Shown here one piece after another: positions 8,301 to 18,540 of a DNA stretch of 32,000 nt. Made by a program: the position numbers and the translations under genes. A model generated the notes under the pieces. It did not search any database. It was not told the origin of the DNA and saw only the letters and a list, made by a program, of their open reading frames with translations. The first letter of the stretch is position 1. The number at the start of each line of letters is the position of its first letter. Origin of the DNA: Candidatus Poseidoniaceae archaeon (GTDB lineage Archaea > Thermoplasmatota > Poseidoniia > Poseidoniales > Poseidoniaceae); NCBI GenBank assembly GCA_943789275.1, contig CALSTM010000001.1, positions 360,001 through 392,000 of the forward strand, written 5' to 3'.

Positions 8301-10321
8301 TACCTCAGGTCACAGACGTCAATATTGGAGCAGCCGGAATCTCCGGATTGTCAGCTGCGCCCGGTGAATCCACTGGATTCTCAATTTCGGTCATGAACAT
8401 TGGAAATACTCCAGCGCAATACTCCGTTTCCTGCGAATCACAAAACAGATGGCAAATCCAACTTGGCAATTCGAATTCTTCAACATTGGAATTTGAACCG
8501 TTGAACATTAAGGAATCACTTCCAATGCTCATCCAAATTTGGGTTCCTCCAGTCTCCAATGGAGTTCCAGAGGCTGGCTCCACAGACACGGTCACCTGTC
8601 AAGTGAATTCGCCGACCGATCCAACCCTTAACTTCACTCAATCGGTTGACGTGCTGGTTTTGGCACAGGAGTCCTTTACCAGTGACCTGTACGACGATTT
8701 GGGCCCGATTGGTCCTTCATCCTCGAATCGAAATATTCTGGTGGATACTGCACAGCAAGTGAGCCTTAACTTGACCATTGAAAACACCGGCAATAAGGAG
8801 ATTGATTTGGATGTCAAGATTCAACCAAGCAACCCTCTTTGGCCGATTGAAGTCTCCTACATGACGCAAGTGAACAGTCGTCAAGTATCGCTTACCTTAC
8901 TCGGTGGTGAAGTCGCAACGGTCAATTTCATCATCGGTGTCCCACCAGTTGCTGAGGAAGGTGAAGCGAACAACTTCGATATTCGTACGGAACGAACCCC
9001 GCAGTCTTTTGTTTCAAACACGACCGTATTGAAGGTCCGTGATGACCTTTCAATGGACCTCTTTGGCCCTGAGTCTGGTGCGATTGAAACGGTTATTTCA
9101 TCTGATTTCTCCTTTGGTGAATTCACCGTCGTCAATACCGGAAACACCCCATTGACGTTGAATTGGTCAAACGGCTTGCCAGCCGATGGTTGGATTGTCG
9201 GTTATGCGAATCCGAGCACCTACATTGAACCGCGTGAAGAGAGAGTTGTCCGACTTGGGTTCATTCCCCCATTGAATACTCTGCCCACAGAAAAGGCGTT
9301 TGAACTGGTTGTAACTGTCTCTGGATTTAGCAACGGCCGTGTGGTTCAAACTTCAGTTACTGTTGATGTGGCGGTGCTCGAATCGACTTTTGCGAACCTT
9401 ACCGTCGAAGACGGTACAGTGGCCCCCTTCTCCTCGGTGGCACGTGGTGAGACGGTGACCCAAAACGTCATCATTCGGAACGATGGTAATGTCCCTATCA
9501 CAGGAGACATCATGACTGAAGTTCTTGATCAGGAAGGAAATATTTCATCAGTTTGGACACTTTCGAGTTCCCCGGTGTCGCTCGAAAATCTTGGTGTTGG
9601 TGAAGAGCTCACCGTAATCGTTGAACTTACACCTGGTGATGGAGCTGAAAAGGGTCTTCTCTTCTCGACAATCTCCCTCTCATCAGATGGTACAGTCATT
9701 GGAATATTGTCGATTGACACAACTGTTGAGTCGGCGACTGGAACTGAAGGGCTCCTTGGCGGGTTGCCGCTCTACGTGAGTGTCCCACTTGTCATGGTCG
9801 TTCTGCTCGCATCGATTGTCGTCGCCCTGCGAGTCAAAAAGAGCGGTGAACTCACCGATGCAGGTGAAGAATTAGTTGCACCCGATGCCTTTGTCAATCC
9901 TGACCACTTGGGGACTCGCCGTAGCGACGCACTTGACATTGGTCATGCGGTTGACGAACTCTCCAGCGGTGAAGTTTCCTCTGATGAAATCGCTGCCGCT
10001 CTTGCCCAATCCCTCGACATGCCAACACCTGTGAATCAAGGGTTAACTCCAGTGGGTATGCCACCAGCGGGATTGCCTCCAAGGGGGATGCCACTTCCAA
10101 TGCCAATGGGGATGCCTCCTGCCGGGATGCCACCAAAAGGAGTCCCGCAATTGCCTCGCCCACTCCCCTCTCTATCTGTACCAGCTCCGCTCCTGCTCCT
10201 GCCCTCGCACCTGCTCCTGTTGCTGGTCCGCCTCTCCCTGCAAGTGGCTTACCAGTTGGTTGGAGTATGGAACAATGGCAACACTATGGCCAACAATGGT
10301 TGGACCAACAGTAATCGTTGA
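5354..10321 (+). CDS. Giant membrane-anchored subtilisin-like (S8) serine protease. Order: signal peptide, I9-like propeptide, S8 catalytic domain, P/beta-sandwich domain, multiple CARDB/Ig-like domains, one C-terminal TM helix, Pro-rich cytoplasmic tail.
   Basis: Signal peptide MKAMRQPLLMLVLLLLTSLSPLF from ATG 5354. Catalytic triad motifs are 'IAIADTGIDRDHPD' (Asp codon 6209-6211), 'HGTHVA' (His codon 6311-6313) and 'LSGSSHATAIAGG' (Ser codon 6890-6892). There are repeated 'NxGN/NTGN' CARDB-like sandwiches. The TM helix is 'LPLYVSVPLVMVVLLASIVVAL' (~9760-9830). The tail has (G)MPP repeats. The 3' end is frame-ambiguous (see findings). Confidence 0.85.
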   Translation: MKAMRQPLLMLVLLLLTSLSPLFLNGTSPNVTLPESDGQLLTEAERVELARQLWSPLESSSVFSTDIQVASGVLRLQSGEFDPLLSEGPALDKFFTDPNDPSQTGLAMVQLHEHNGGVLDSLSKSYGLTALDFVADEGWLVRLPHPPMDSLELLQSDERVRWAGPQHPGWRIHTDLLTVTEHTHLALVPSSDLALGGLEALSLDLLKMGATEAWCGVGLCEVHYASSLQPTLLNNIMHDGRIIWTEPTYGMTLHNAVAGGIVGLDDVSANASFTLDGSGETIAIADTGIDRDHPDIVGRVAGVYTNFGLDSSSIDSNTGHGTHVALSVLGDGTGDPTAEGIAPAANLVMYALEHDPTGVFGRLGSIYDMLNDAEQRTARISVNAWGANGNFGHYTADSRSVDLLVSQKDTVLPLFSAGDRGSSGASQVAAPSTGKNVLSVGTSQTGSLTGSVANISSQGPSLDGRIKPDIVAPGIDICSGLAEEAKSPSGFSCATGVHADGTTNLYMTLSGSSHATAIAGGSTALVREFLREQININSPSASLIKATVINGAKDLGTADIPNAEEGWGQIDLERTILPMDGTFALNTFYDNNKQLNAGFGLLYSFDLDPTHGVDITLAWSDLEGSANAAQSSPRLVNNLDLVLVDPSGNEWLGNDFLSGVSTTGGTADAVNNVERIKMEPGVLTTSGQWQIKILHSGGLAQRFSLIVVADATPNPQSDLATFDGSIVPSSSEPLKNDLITLQLAWINQGTLSADSFHVVLEDLTTGQVLFDADRAGLDSGQVDSFLLQHQFTTTGTHSMRLSIDTLNQVTEINDAVSGVDNNIWEQDIEVTALGVRVVALDDAGVAPTSSEDRALSAIHTFDVLNASSIEIPIHILHEGTGEQAVTLSVTNVQKPQPGRPDFLLAPEDSWSKSVSEIGPYIVQGQGEVDDYKRLNVTLVNNFVDLSNSESPRYARAGTFVVDITARYQSQPTVSHTQRVTIIVPQVTDVNIGAAGISGLSAAPGESTGFSISVMNIGNTPAQYSVSCESQNRWQIQLGNSNSSTLEFEPLNIKESLPMLIQIWVPPVSNGVPEAGSTDTVTCQVNSPTDPTLNFTQSVDVLVLAQESFTSDLYDDLGPIGPSSSNRNILVDTAQQVSLNLTIENTGNKEIDLDVKIQPSNPLWPIEVSYMTQVNSRQVSLTLLGGEVATVNFIIGVPPVAEEGEANNFDIRTERTPQSFVSNTTVLKVRDDLSMDLFGPESGAIETVISSDFSFGEFTVVNTGNTPLTLNWSNGLPADGWIVGYANPSTYIEPREERVVRLGFIPPLNTLPTEKAFELVVTVSGFSNGRVVQTSVTVDVAVLESTFANLTVEDGTVAPFSSVARGETVTQNVIIRNDGNVPITGDIMTEVLDQEGNISSVWTLSSSPVSLENLGVGEELTVIVELTPGDGAEKGLLFSTISLSSDGTVIGILSIDTTVESATGTEGLLGGLPLYVSVPLVMVVLLASIVVALRVKKSGELTDAGEELVAPDAFVNPDHLGTRRSDALDIGHAVDELSSGEVSSDEIAAALAQSLDMPTPVNQGLTPVGMPPAGLPPRGMPLPMPMGMPPAGMPPKGVPQLPRPLPSLSVPAPLLLLPSHLLLLLVRLSLQVAYQLVGVWNNGNTMANNGWTNSNR

Positions 10322-10358
10322 CAAGCATCTCTAATACGGGGTACTTGTAGCCCGCAAC

Positions 10359-10988
10359 ATGAGCAGTATTGTATTGTTTGGACCACCTGGTGCAGGAAAA
10401 GGGACTCAAGCAGAGCGAATGATTGACGCAACTGGACTTCCTCAAGTGTCAACTGGGGACATGTTACGAGCCGCTGTGAAAGCAGGTACGCAAACGGGTT
10501 TGGAGGCGAAGGGTTTCATGGAAGCAGGATTACTAGTCCCGGACTCGGTCATCATCGACCTCATCAAAGAACGAATTCAAGAACCTGACGCCAAGAACGG
10601 GGTTATGTTTGATGGATTCCCTCGAACCATTCCTCAAGCCGAGGCATTGGAGCAAATTACCGGGGTTACCCACGTCATCGCAATCGAAGTTCCTGACGAA
10701 CGGATTGTCGAGCGTATTTGCGGTCGCTATTCGTGTGGTGCATGCGGAAATGTCTACCATGATACATTCAATCCCGTTCCAGCAGGCGGATGCGCATGCG
10801 GTAATTGGGAAGAGAAGCGAAGGGCTGACGACAATGAAGAGACGGTCAGTTCACGATTAGCAGCCTACCATGAGCAAACCTCACCTCTTGCCGACTGGTA
10901 CCGCTCAAAAGGTATATTCCACCCCGTCAACGGCGATAGAGCCATCGATGACATAACCGGTGACATACTCAACGCATTGAGACTTTGA
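10359..10988 (+). CDS. adk: Adenylate kinase, long bacterial-like form with a Cys-containing lid.
   Basis: P-loop 'LFGPPGAGKGTQA', 'STGDMLR', 'GFPRT', and a lid with 'SCGACG...CACG'. Confidence 0.9.
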   Translation: MSSIVLFGPPGAGKGTQAERMIDATGLPQVSTGDMLRAAVKAGTQTGLEAKGFMEAGLLVPDSVIIDLIKERIQEPDAKNGVMFDGFPRTIPQAEALEQITGVTHVIAIEVPDERIVERICGRYSCGACGNVYHDTFNPVPAGGCACGNWEEKRRADDNEETVSSRLAAYHEQTSPLADWYRSKGIFHPVNGDRAIDDITGDILNALRL

Positions 10989-10997
10989 GGTGGCAGT

Positions 10998-11348
10998 TTG
11001 AGTTCTCAGAACAGACGTCGTCGGAAAGGCAAAGTCGACCGTCGACAAGCAGCCTTGAGCAGCCAATCTCATTTGGTAGACATCATCAAAAACGCTCATG
11101 AAAACGACCCAACCATCGTTCAGTCCAGTATTCGTCACCTTGTGAAAATCTCCCGTCGTCATCGCCTTCCAGTACCCAAAGCAGTGCATCATCTCTATTG
11201 CAGGAAGTGCCTAACTCCTTTTGTTCATGGTGAAAATGTTCGGACCCGCATCGCAGCAGGACAACGCGTTGTCACATGCTTGACGTGTACCAATATTCGC
11301 CGTTACGGTGGTGGGCCAAAATTCCATCGTAAGCAAATGCATCGTTGA
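10998..11348 (+). CDS. rnp4: RNase P protein component 4 (Rpp21/RNP4 family).
   Basis: Basic N-terminus plus the zinc ribbon 'LYCRKCLTPF...VVTCLTCTNIRRY', typical of Rpp21. The start is TTG at 10998, preceded by GAGGTGG at 10987-10993. Confidence 0.75.
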   Translation: MSSQNRRRRKGKVDRRQAALSSQSHLVDIIKNAHENDPTIVQSSIRHLVKISRRHRLPVPKAVHHLYCRKCLTPFVHGENVRTRIAAGQRVVTCLTCTNIRRYGGGPKFHRKQMHR

Positions 11349-11402
11349 AGAGATTTTGTAGCACACTTCTTGAACAAGGTGTTGCACGGCTGCTTGAGAA
11401 TC

Positions 11403-11669
11403 ATGGCAGACCGCATACCCGAGTCCATTCGCCGAGAGGCCTTGTCCCATGATTTTCAAGCGACCATTCGAATTGGGAAATCAGGCATCACCGAGACACT
11501 GATCACCGAAATCGACGCTCAACTCAACACTCGCAGCCTCGTCAAGATCAAAATCAATCGTGGACTTTTTGAGAAAAAGGATATTCCCAATGTCTGGTCT
11601 CACCTCGCAGAAGCAACCCATTCAGTGCTAGTGTTGGCACGTGGGAATGTCGGCGTTCTTTGGCGTTGA
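11403..11669 (+). CDS. CRS1/YhbY-type RNA-binding domain protein.
   Basis: Contains 'IRIGKSGITETLITEIDAQLNTRSLVKIKIN...LARGNVGVLWR', which matches the YhbY/CRM fold signature. ATG 11403 is preferred over the track start 11370. Confidence 0.7.
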   Translation: MADRIPESIRREALSHDFQATIRIGKSGITETLITEIDAQLNTRSLVKIKINRGLFEKKDIPNVWSHLAEATHSVLVLARGNVGVLWR

Positions 11670-11721
11670 GCATCGATTCTTTAGGAAATACTCAATAGTT
11701 ACCCACAGTTGGATTTTGAAT

Positions 11722-13470
11722 ATGAACGGTACAGAACTTGTCCGGATGCGCAGAAGGCACCCTTCTCAATACATTGCTCTCGGGCTTTTAGCATTCACCG
11801 GCACGATGATGTTTACATCACACTCGATTGCAGCCGGTGGCTCTTCTTCGTCCTCACCTTTCCAAGATATTGATAATTCACAAGCTGTCCTCGTGGGTTT
11901 GGGGATACTCTTGGGCGTGTATGCGCTCATCATTACCGAAGTTGTTCACCGAACGCTCGCAGCAGCAGTAGGTGGACTTCTTGCTATTATTGCACTCAGT
12001 TACTATTCTGAAAGTTCCTACACGCTTGGAGAAGTTACCACCCTCATTGACTGGGAGACGATAGGTCTCTTGCTCGGAATGATGGTCATGGTCGGTATTC
12101 TCTCACACACTGGATTGTTTGAATGGTTCGCTGTTCAAGCCTACAAACGCAGCGGTGGATCAGTTTGGACACTGGTTGTCATTCTCTGTTCTGTAACAGC
12201 CGTACTCTCTGCCTTCCTTGATAACGTCACGACGATGTTACTCCTCACACCGGTTACGATTCAATTGGCGAAGGTCCTCGACCTCAAACCGATACCTCTG
12301 CTCATCTCTGAAGTACTGTTTTCCAATATTGGAGGCGCTGCTACCATGATCGGAGACCCTCCAAACATCATGATTGGTTCCGGACTTTCAACAGCTGCTA
12401 TTGAAGATGCAGCAATGAAGAAGGAAGGTTTGGTCCAAGAGGGATACCTCGAACTTGCCAGTTCGGGCGTGACATTCAACGATTTCATTATTGAAATGGC
12501 TCCCGGTATTCTCATGTGCATTGTACCGAGTTTTATGTTTCTCAAATGGTTCTATGCAGAAGAGTTCTCTGGTAGCCGTGTTCGCGATATTGCTGAACTT
12601 GAATCGAAGTACGGAATCAAAGATGCTGCAATGCTGAAAGTTGCTGGCTCCATCCTCATCTTGGTCGTACTGAACTTTTTCCTCCATCCTCTAACACACA
12701 TTGCTGTTTCATGGATTGCTTTAGTTGGTGCTGTGATAATGCTCCTTGCCACGGACCGACACGAACTTGAGAAGCCCCTCGAGCACGTTGAGTGGTCGAC
12801 GCTTCTTTTCTTTGCGGGTTTATTCGTCCTGGTCCATGCACTGCAATATTTGGGCGTCATATCGTTCATTGGTGATTACGTTACCAAAGGCATTGAGATG
12901 TTTGGTACGAACGAAGACGGCAATGTCGTCCGCCTCGCCGCAGCAATTTTGATCATTCTGTGGGTTTCAGCAGTTGCCTCTGCCTTCATTGACAATATTC
13001 CATACACTGCGACGATGATTCCAGTTGTTTTACAGATCTCATATGAACTTAATATTGATCTTGGTCCATTGATTTGGGCTCTTGCATTTGGTGCTTGTCT
13101 TGGTGGAAACGGTACCCTAATTGGTGCTTCTGCTAACGTTGTCACCGCTGGCATGTCCGAAGAAGCAGGTTATCCGATTTCTTTCAACGAGTTCTTCAAA
13201 GCCGGTTTCCCAATTATGATTCTCACCACTGCAATTGTTTCGCTTTACATGATGCTGGTCTACGTCATCGGCGCCGACGGTGGGGCTACGGTTTGGAAGA
13301 TTGTATGTATCGGTGTGACCCTGATCGGAATCATTTGGCAAGTCGCACGTGGACGAGCCAAAGGGAAGAACTTCGCTGAATCACTTGTTGATGATGATTT
13401 GGACACATTCATCGATATAGCGGAACAGGCTGTTGACCTCATCAAAGGCACGAAGTCTTCTGAGGAATGA
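11722..13470 (+). CDS. ArsB/NhaD (P-protein/citrate transporter-like) superfamily anion permease.
   Basis: Polytopic membrane protein with duplicated motifs 'LSAFLDNVTTMLLLTP' and 'ASAFIDNIPYTATMIP', and 'GGAATMIGDPPN' / 'GGNGTLIGASANV', typical of this superfamily. ATG 11722 avoids overlap with the upstream gene. Confidence 0.75.
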   Translation: MNGTELVRMRRRHPSQYIALGLLAFTGTMMFTSHSIAAGGSSSSSPFQDIDNSQAVLVGLGILLGVYALIITEVVHRTLAAAVGGLLAIIALSYYSESSYTLGEVTTLIDWETIGLLLGMMVMVGILSHTGLFEWFAVQAYKRSGGSVWTLVVILCSVTAVLSAFLDNVTTMLLLTPVTIQLAKVLDLKPIPLLISEVLFSNIGGAATMIGDPPNIMIGSGLSTAAIEDAAMKKEGLVQEGYLELASSGVTFNDFIIEMAPGILMCIVPSFMFLKWFYAEEFSGSRVRDIAELESKYGIKDAAMLKVAGSILILVVLNFFLHPLTHIAVSWIALVGAVIMLLATDRHELEKPLEHVEWSTLLFFAGLFVLVHALQYLGVISFIGDYVTKGIEMFGTNEDGNVVRLAAAILIILWVSAVASAFIDNIPYTATMIPVVLQISYELNIDLGPLIWALAFGACLGGNGTLIGASANVVTAGMSEEAGYPISFNEFFKAGFPIMILTTAIVSLYMMLVYVIGADGGATVWKIVCIGVTLIGIIWQVARGRAKGKNFAESLVDDDLDTFIDIAEQAVDLIKGTKSSEE

Positions 13471-13528
13471 ACACATTTCTCCGTTGAATTGAAGTGCCAT
13501 GGGTTCATGGTGAACATCGTGGAACACC

Positions 13529-14974
13529 ATGTTTGAGTGTAAAGTCTGTGGTTTACTTTCCTTAGGTGGTGGCGCATGTCCGGCATGTGGAAGTCTTCTC
13601 CTCGTGGATTTAACCCTTGAAGACGGTGACTCAAGCCCGCTACCAACCGAAGTACCAGGACTTGACGATGCTGTTACTTCATGGTATGAATTAGAGGGGA
13701 TTGAGCCACCAGTGACTGACGCTGAATCACCACCTCAACCTTCACCTGGCTCAGGTTCGCTTCCTTTTGGATTCTCAGGTGAATCCAACACCAATGTTTC
13801 TCGTCTACCCTTTGGTGTTGGAAGTTATGCGACTGGAGTGCCTTTTGAGGACGATGAAGAGGCATTGCCTCTGATCAGTGATCAAACTCAAAGTTTGCCC
13901 TTGAAAGAGATAAGTTCGCCAGTGGTGCCAACACCAGCGCCACCCCTCAAACCTGAAACTCATCCCGTAATCCCCCCTGAACCCCCAAATATTCCTGCCC
14001 AGCCACCCTTGGTGTCAACTGAACCGGTAAGGGACGCACAAGCACCTGTGGAGCAAATCCAAGTTCCTGCATTCACGCCGAGCGTTGTTGCTCAACTTCC
14101 CATTGCACCTGCTCTGCCTGCAGCGCCCGTACAACCTCCTGCAGCGCCCGTTCGTATCGAACCTGCCCCTCTGGCCCCTGCAGAGGTGAACCAGCCACAG
14201 GCGCTTCGAATCTCACCCATAGCGCCAATTGCTGCCGTTGAAGTGCCCAGTGCTCCGCAACTGGAAGCCGTTCCAGATATGTGGCGTATCGACGCTTCAC
14301 CGGTGAACATGGATGAACTCTATGCAGTTGATGATCAAGTCGTGGAAGTTGTCCACACGATGGACGATGACGACACCTACATGCACGGAACTGATTTCGA
14401 AGATTTGCATCCGGACTCGGGCGTTATCTCACTCGAACTCCACCCAGCAAAGGCTATCGGTGTCAATTTAAGCGGCATACCGGAGCTTGAAGAAACATTG
14501 GCTGAAGGGTTTTATGCAATCGGTGAAGAATCGTGGGCACAAGCAGCAATAGCCTTCCAGAAAATGGCAGCAAAAATGCCGGGTGACTCAGCAGTTTTCA
14601 ACAACTATGGATTAGCCCTCTTACAACGAGCATTGTCGATGGCAAAGAGCAGTGATTTGGAAGTTCAACAACTCGCATCCACTCAATTTGAGTCGGCAAT
14701 CTTGGCTCTGCGTGAAGCGGCAAAATCTTCGCCGGCTAACGGTACTATCCTGCTAAACCTCACCCATGCTTTACTCGTTAGCGGTCGTGCTGAGAAGGCT
14801 TTGAACCTCCTTTTCATGTATCAAAAGCACAACGAAAACACGCCTGAAAGTGCGAATCTTGAGGCCGCAACATTGGTGAGCATGGGCGAAAGTGGACGAG
14901 CTCTTGAAGTTCTTCAATCGGTAAAACAAGACGTTACAATCGCTGCAAACATCTCAAAATTGACATATTCATGA
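13529..14974 (+). CDS. Zinc-ribbon protein with a ~230-aa Pro/Ala-rich low-complexity linker and a C-terminal TPR-like helical repeat region.
   Basis: N-terminus is 'MFECKVCGLLSLGGGACPACGS' (CxxC...CxxC). The middle is PxxP-rich (PAPPLKPETHPVIPPEPPNIPAQPP..., APALPAAPVQPPAAPV...). The C-terminus, 'AEGFYAIGEESWAQAAIAFQKMAAKMPGDSAVFNNYGLALLQ...', is TPR-like. Confidence 0.6.
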   Translation: MFECKVCGLLSLGGGACPACGSLLLVDLTLEDGDSSPLPTEVPGLDDAVTSWYELEGIEPPVTDAESPPQPSPGSGSLPFGFSGESNTNVSRLPFGVGSYATGVPFEDDEEALPLISDQTQSLPLKEISSPVVPTPAPPLKPETHPVIPPEPPNIPAQPPLVSTEPVRDAQAPVEQIQVPAFTPSVVAQLPIAPALPAAPVQPPAAPVRIEPAPLAPAEVNQPQALRISPIAPIAAVEVPSAPQLEAVPDMWRIDASPVNMDELYAVDDQVVEVVHTMDDDDTYMHGTDFEDLHPDSGVISLELHPAKAIGVNLSGIPELEETLAEGFYAIGEESWAQAAIAFQKMAAKMPGDSAVFNNYGLALLQRALSMAKSSDLEVQQLASTQFESAILALREAAKSSPANGTILLNLTHALLVSGRAEKALNLLFMYQKHNENTPESANLEAATLVSMGESGRALEVLQSVKQDVTIAANISKLTYS

Positions 14975-15078
14975 TCTGAATGTCAGTCAAAAGGATAGAT
15001 TTTGGACATGAAATTCAAGAGAATTTCGATATTTTAGGAGCGAAGAAATACGAATTTTACATGCAAAAATGCGAACAA

Positions 15079-15118
15079 GCAAATGCAATGCTATGGGTCA
15101 TTTGCTAGAGGATTTTTT
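15079..15118 (+). terminator. Candidate terminator for the upstream gene: hairpin plus T6.
   Basis: Perfect 7-bp stem GCAAATG (15079-15085) / CATTTGC (15099-15105), followed by TTTTTT at 15113-15118. Confidence 0.35.
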
Positions 15119-15149
15119 GACACATTTCTACGAGGCCTAAACCGATTCG

Positions 15150-15160
15150 TTGATATATGG
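15150..15160 (+). promoter_or_regulatory. Candidate archaeal TATA box for the 23S-5S transcription unit.
   Basis: TTGATATATGG sits in the AT-rich spacer, ~100 nt upstream of the processing stem. This is a sequence pattern only. Confidence 0.3.
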
Positions 15161-15259
15161 GTGGTAAGTCGGGGGGATGCTTAAGCACCCTGATATGCCA
15201 TGTATCGGGGGAAGGGCAGAGGAGAACCGTCCCTGAGGAGGCGGTTTTCTGTGGAAGCC

Positions 15260-15309
15260 GAATTGGCATGAATTAGATACCGAAGGGTTACTCATATGGT
15301 GTGTGATAA

Positions 15310-15323
<14 letters not shown>
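15260..15323 (+). other. 5' arm of the pre-23S rRNA processing stem, with a bulge-helix-bulge-like element.
   Basis: GAATTGGCATGAA (15260-15272), TTAGA (15273-15277) and CGAAGGG (15281-15287) are complementary to 18215-18227, 18207-18211 and 18200-18206. Imperfect pairing continues to GATGC (~15319-15323) with GCATC (18164-18168). Confidence 0.75.
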
Positions 15324-18163
<2,840 letters not shown>

Positions 18164-18175
<12 letters not shown>

Positions 18176-18227
18176 GTATGCGTATCCGCACCTTGAGTGC
18201 CCTTCGTCTAATAGTTCATGCCAATTC
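18164..18227 (+). other. 3' arm of the pre-23S rRNA processing stem.
   Basis: Complementary to 15260-15323 (see the 5' arm). The 3-nt bulge TAG at 18212-18214 lies opposite, and offset from, the bulge TAC at 15278-15280. Confidence 0.75.
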
Positions 18228-18281
18228 ATATTTCATTGCGACGTTTATCGTCGTACTCATAGATCCGATTCGAAGGAAGAT

Positions 18282-18403
18282 GGGTGCACGGTCACAGCGG
18301 TAGTGTTTACCTGGTCCCATTCCGAACCCAGAAGTCAAGCCTGCCTGCGTCTATCCCATTACTGTGGTACGAGAGTCCACGGGAAAGGAAGTCACTGTGC
18401 CCC
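18282..18403 (+). rRNA. rrf: 5S ribosomal RNA.
   Basis: 'CCTGGTCCCATTCCGAACCCAGAAGTCAAGCC' (loop B / helix III consensus) and 'GTACGAGAGTCCACGGGAA'. The terminal helix pairs GGGTGCACGGT with ACTGTGCCCC. The flanks 18259-18277 and 18413-18425 are also partly complementary. Confidence 0.9.
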
Positions 18404-18434
18404 TCTTCTTTCTCCTCGAATCTATCCTCAAAAT

Positions 18435-18486
18435 CCCACTTCGGTGGGCGCTAGGCCGGCTCTCCATTGGAGCGCCGGCCTTTTTT
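18435..18486 (+). terminator. Two hairpins and an oligo-T tract that probably terminate the rRNA transcript.
   Basis: CCCAC-TTCG-GTGGG at 18435-18448. Then GGCCGGCTCTCCA / TGGAGCGCCGGCC (18454-18480, 13-bp stem with one mismatch), immediately followed by TTTTTT at 18481-18486. Confidence 0.6.
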
Positions 18487-18540
18487 GCGTTCAATAGAAC
18501 CATAACCACTACGCAACACGGACTGCTTGGAGAGACCCTC

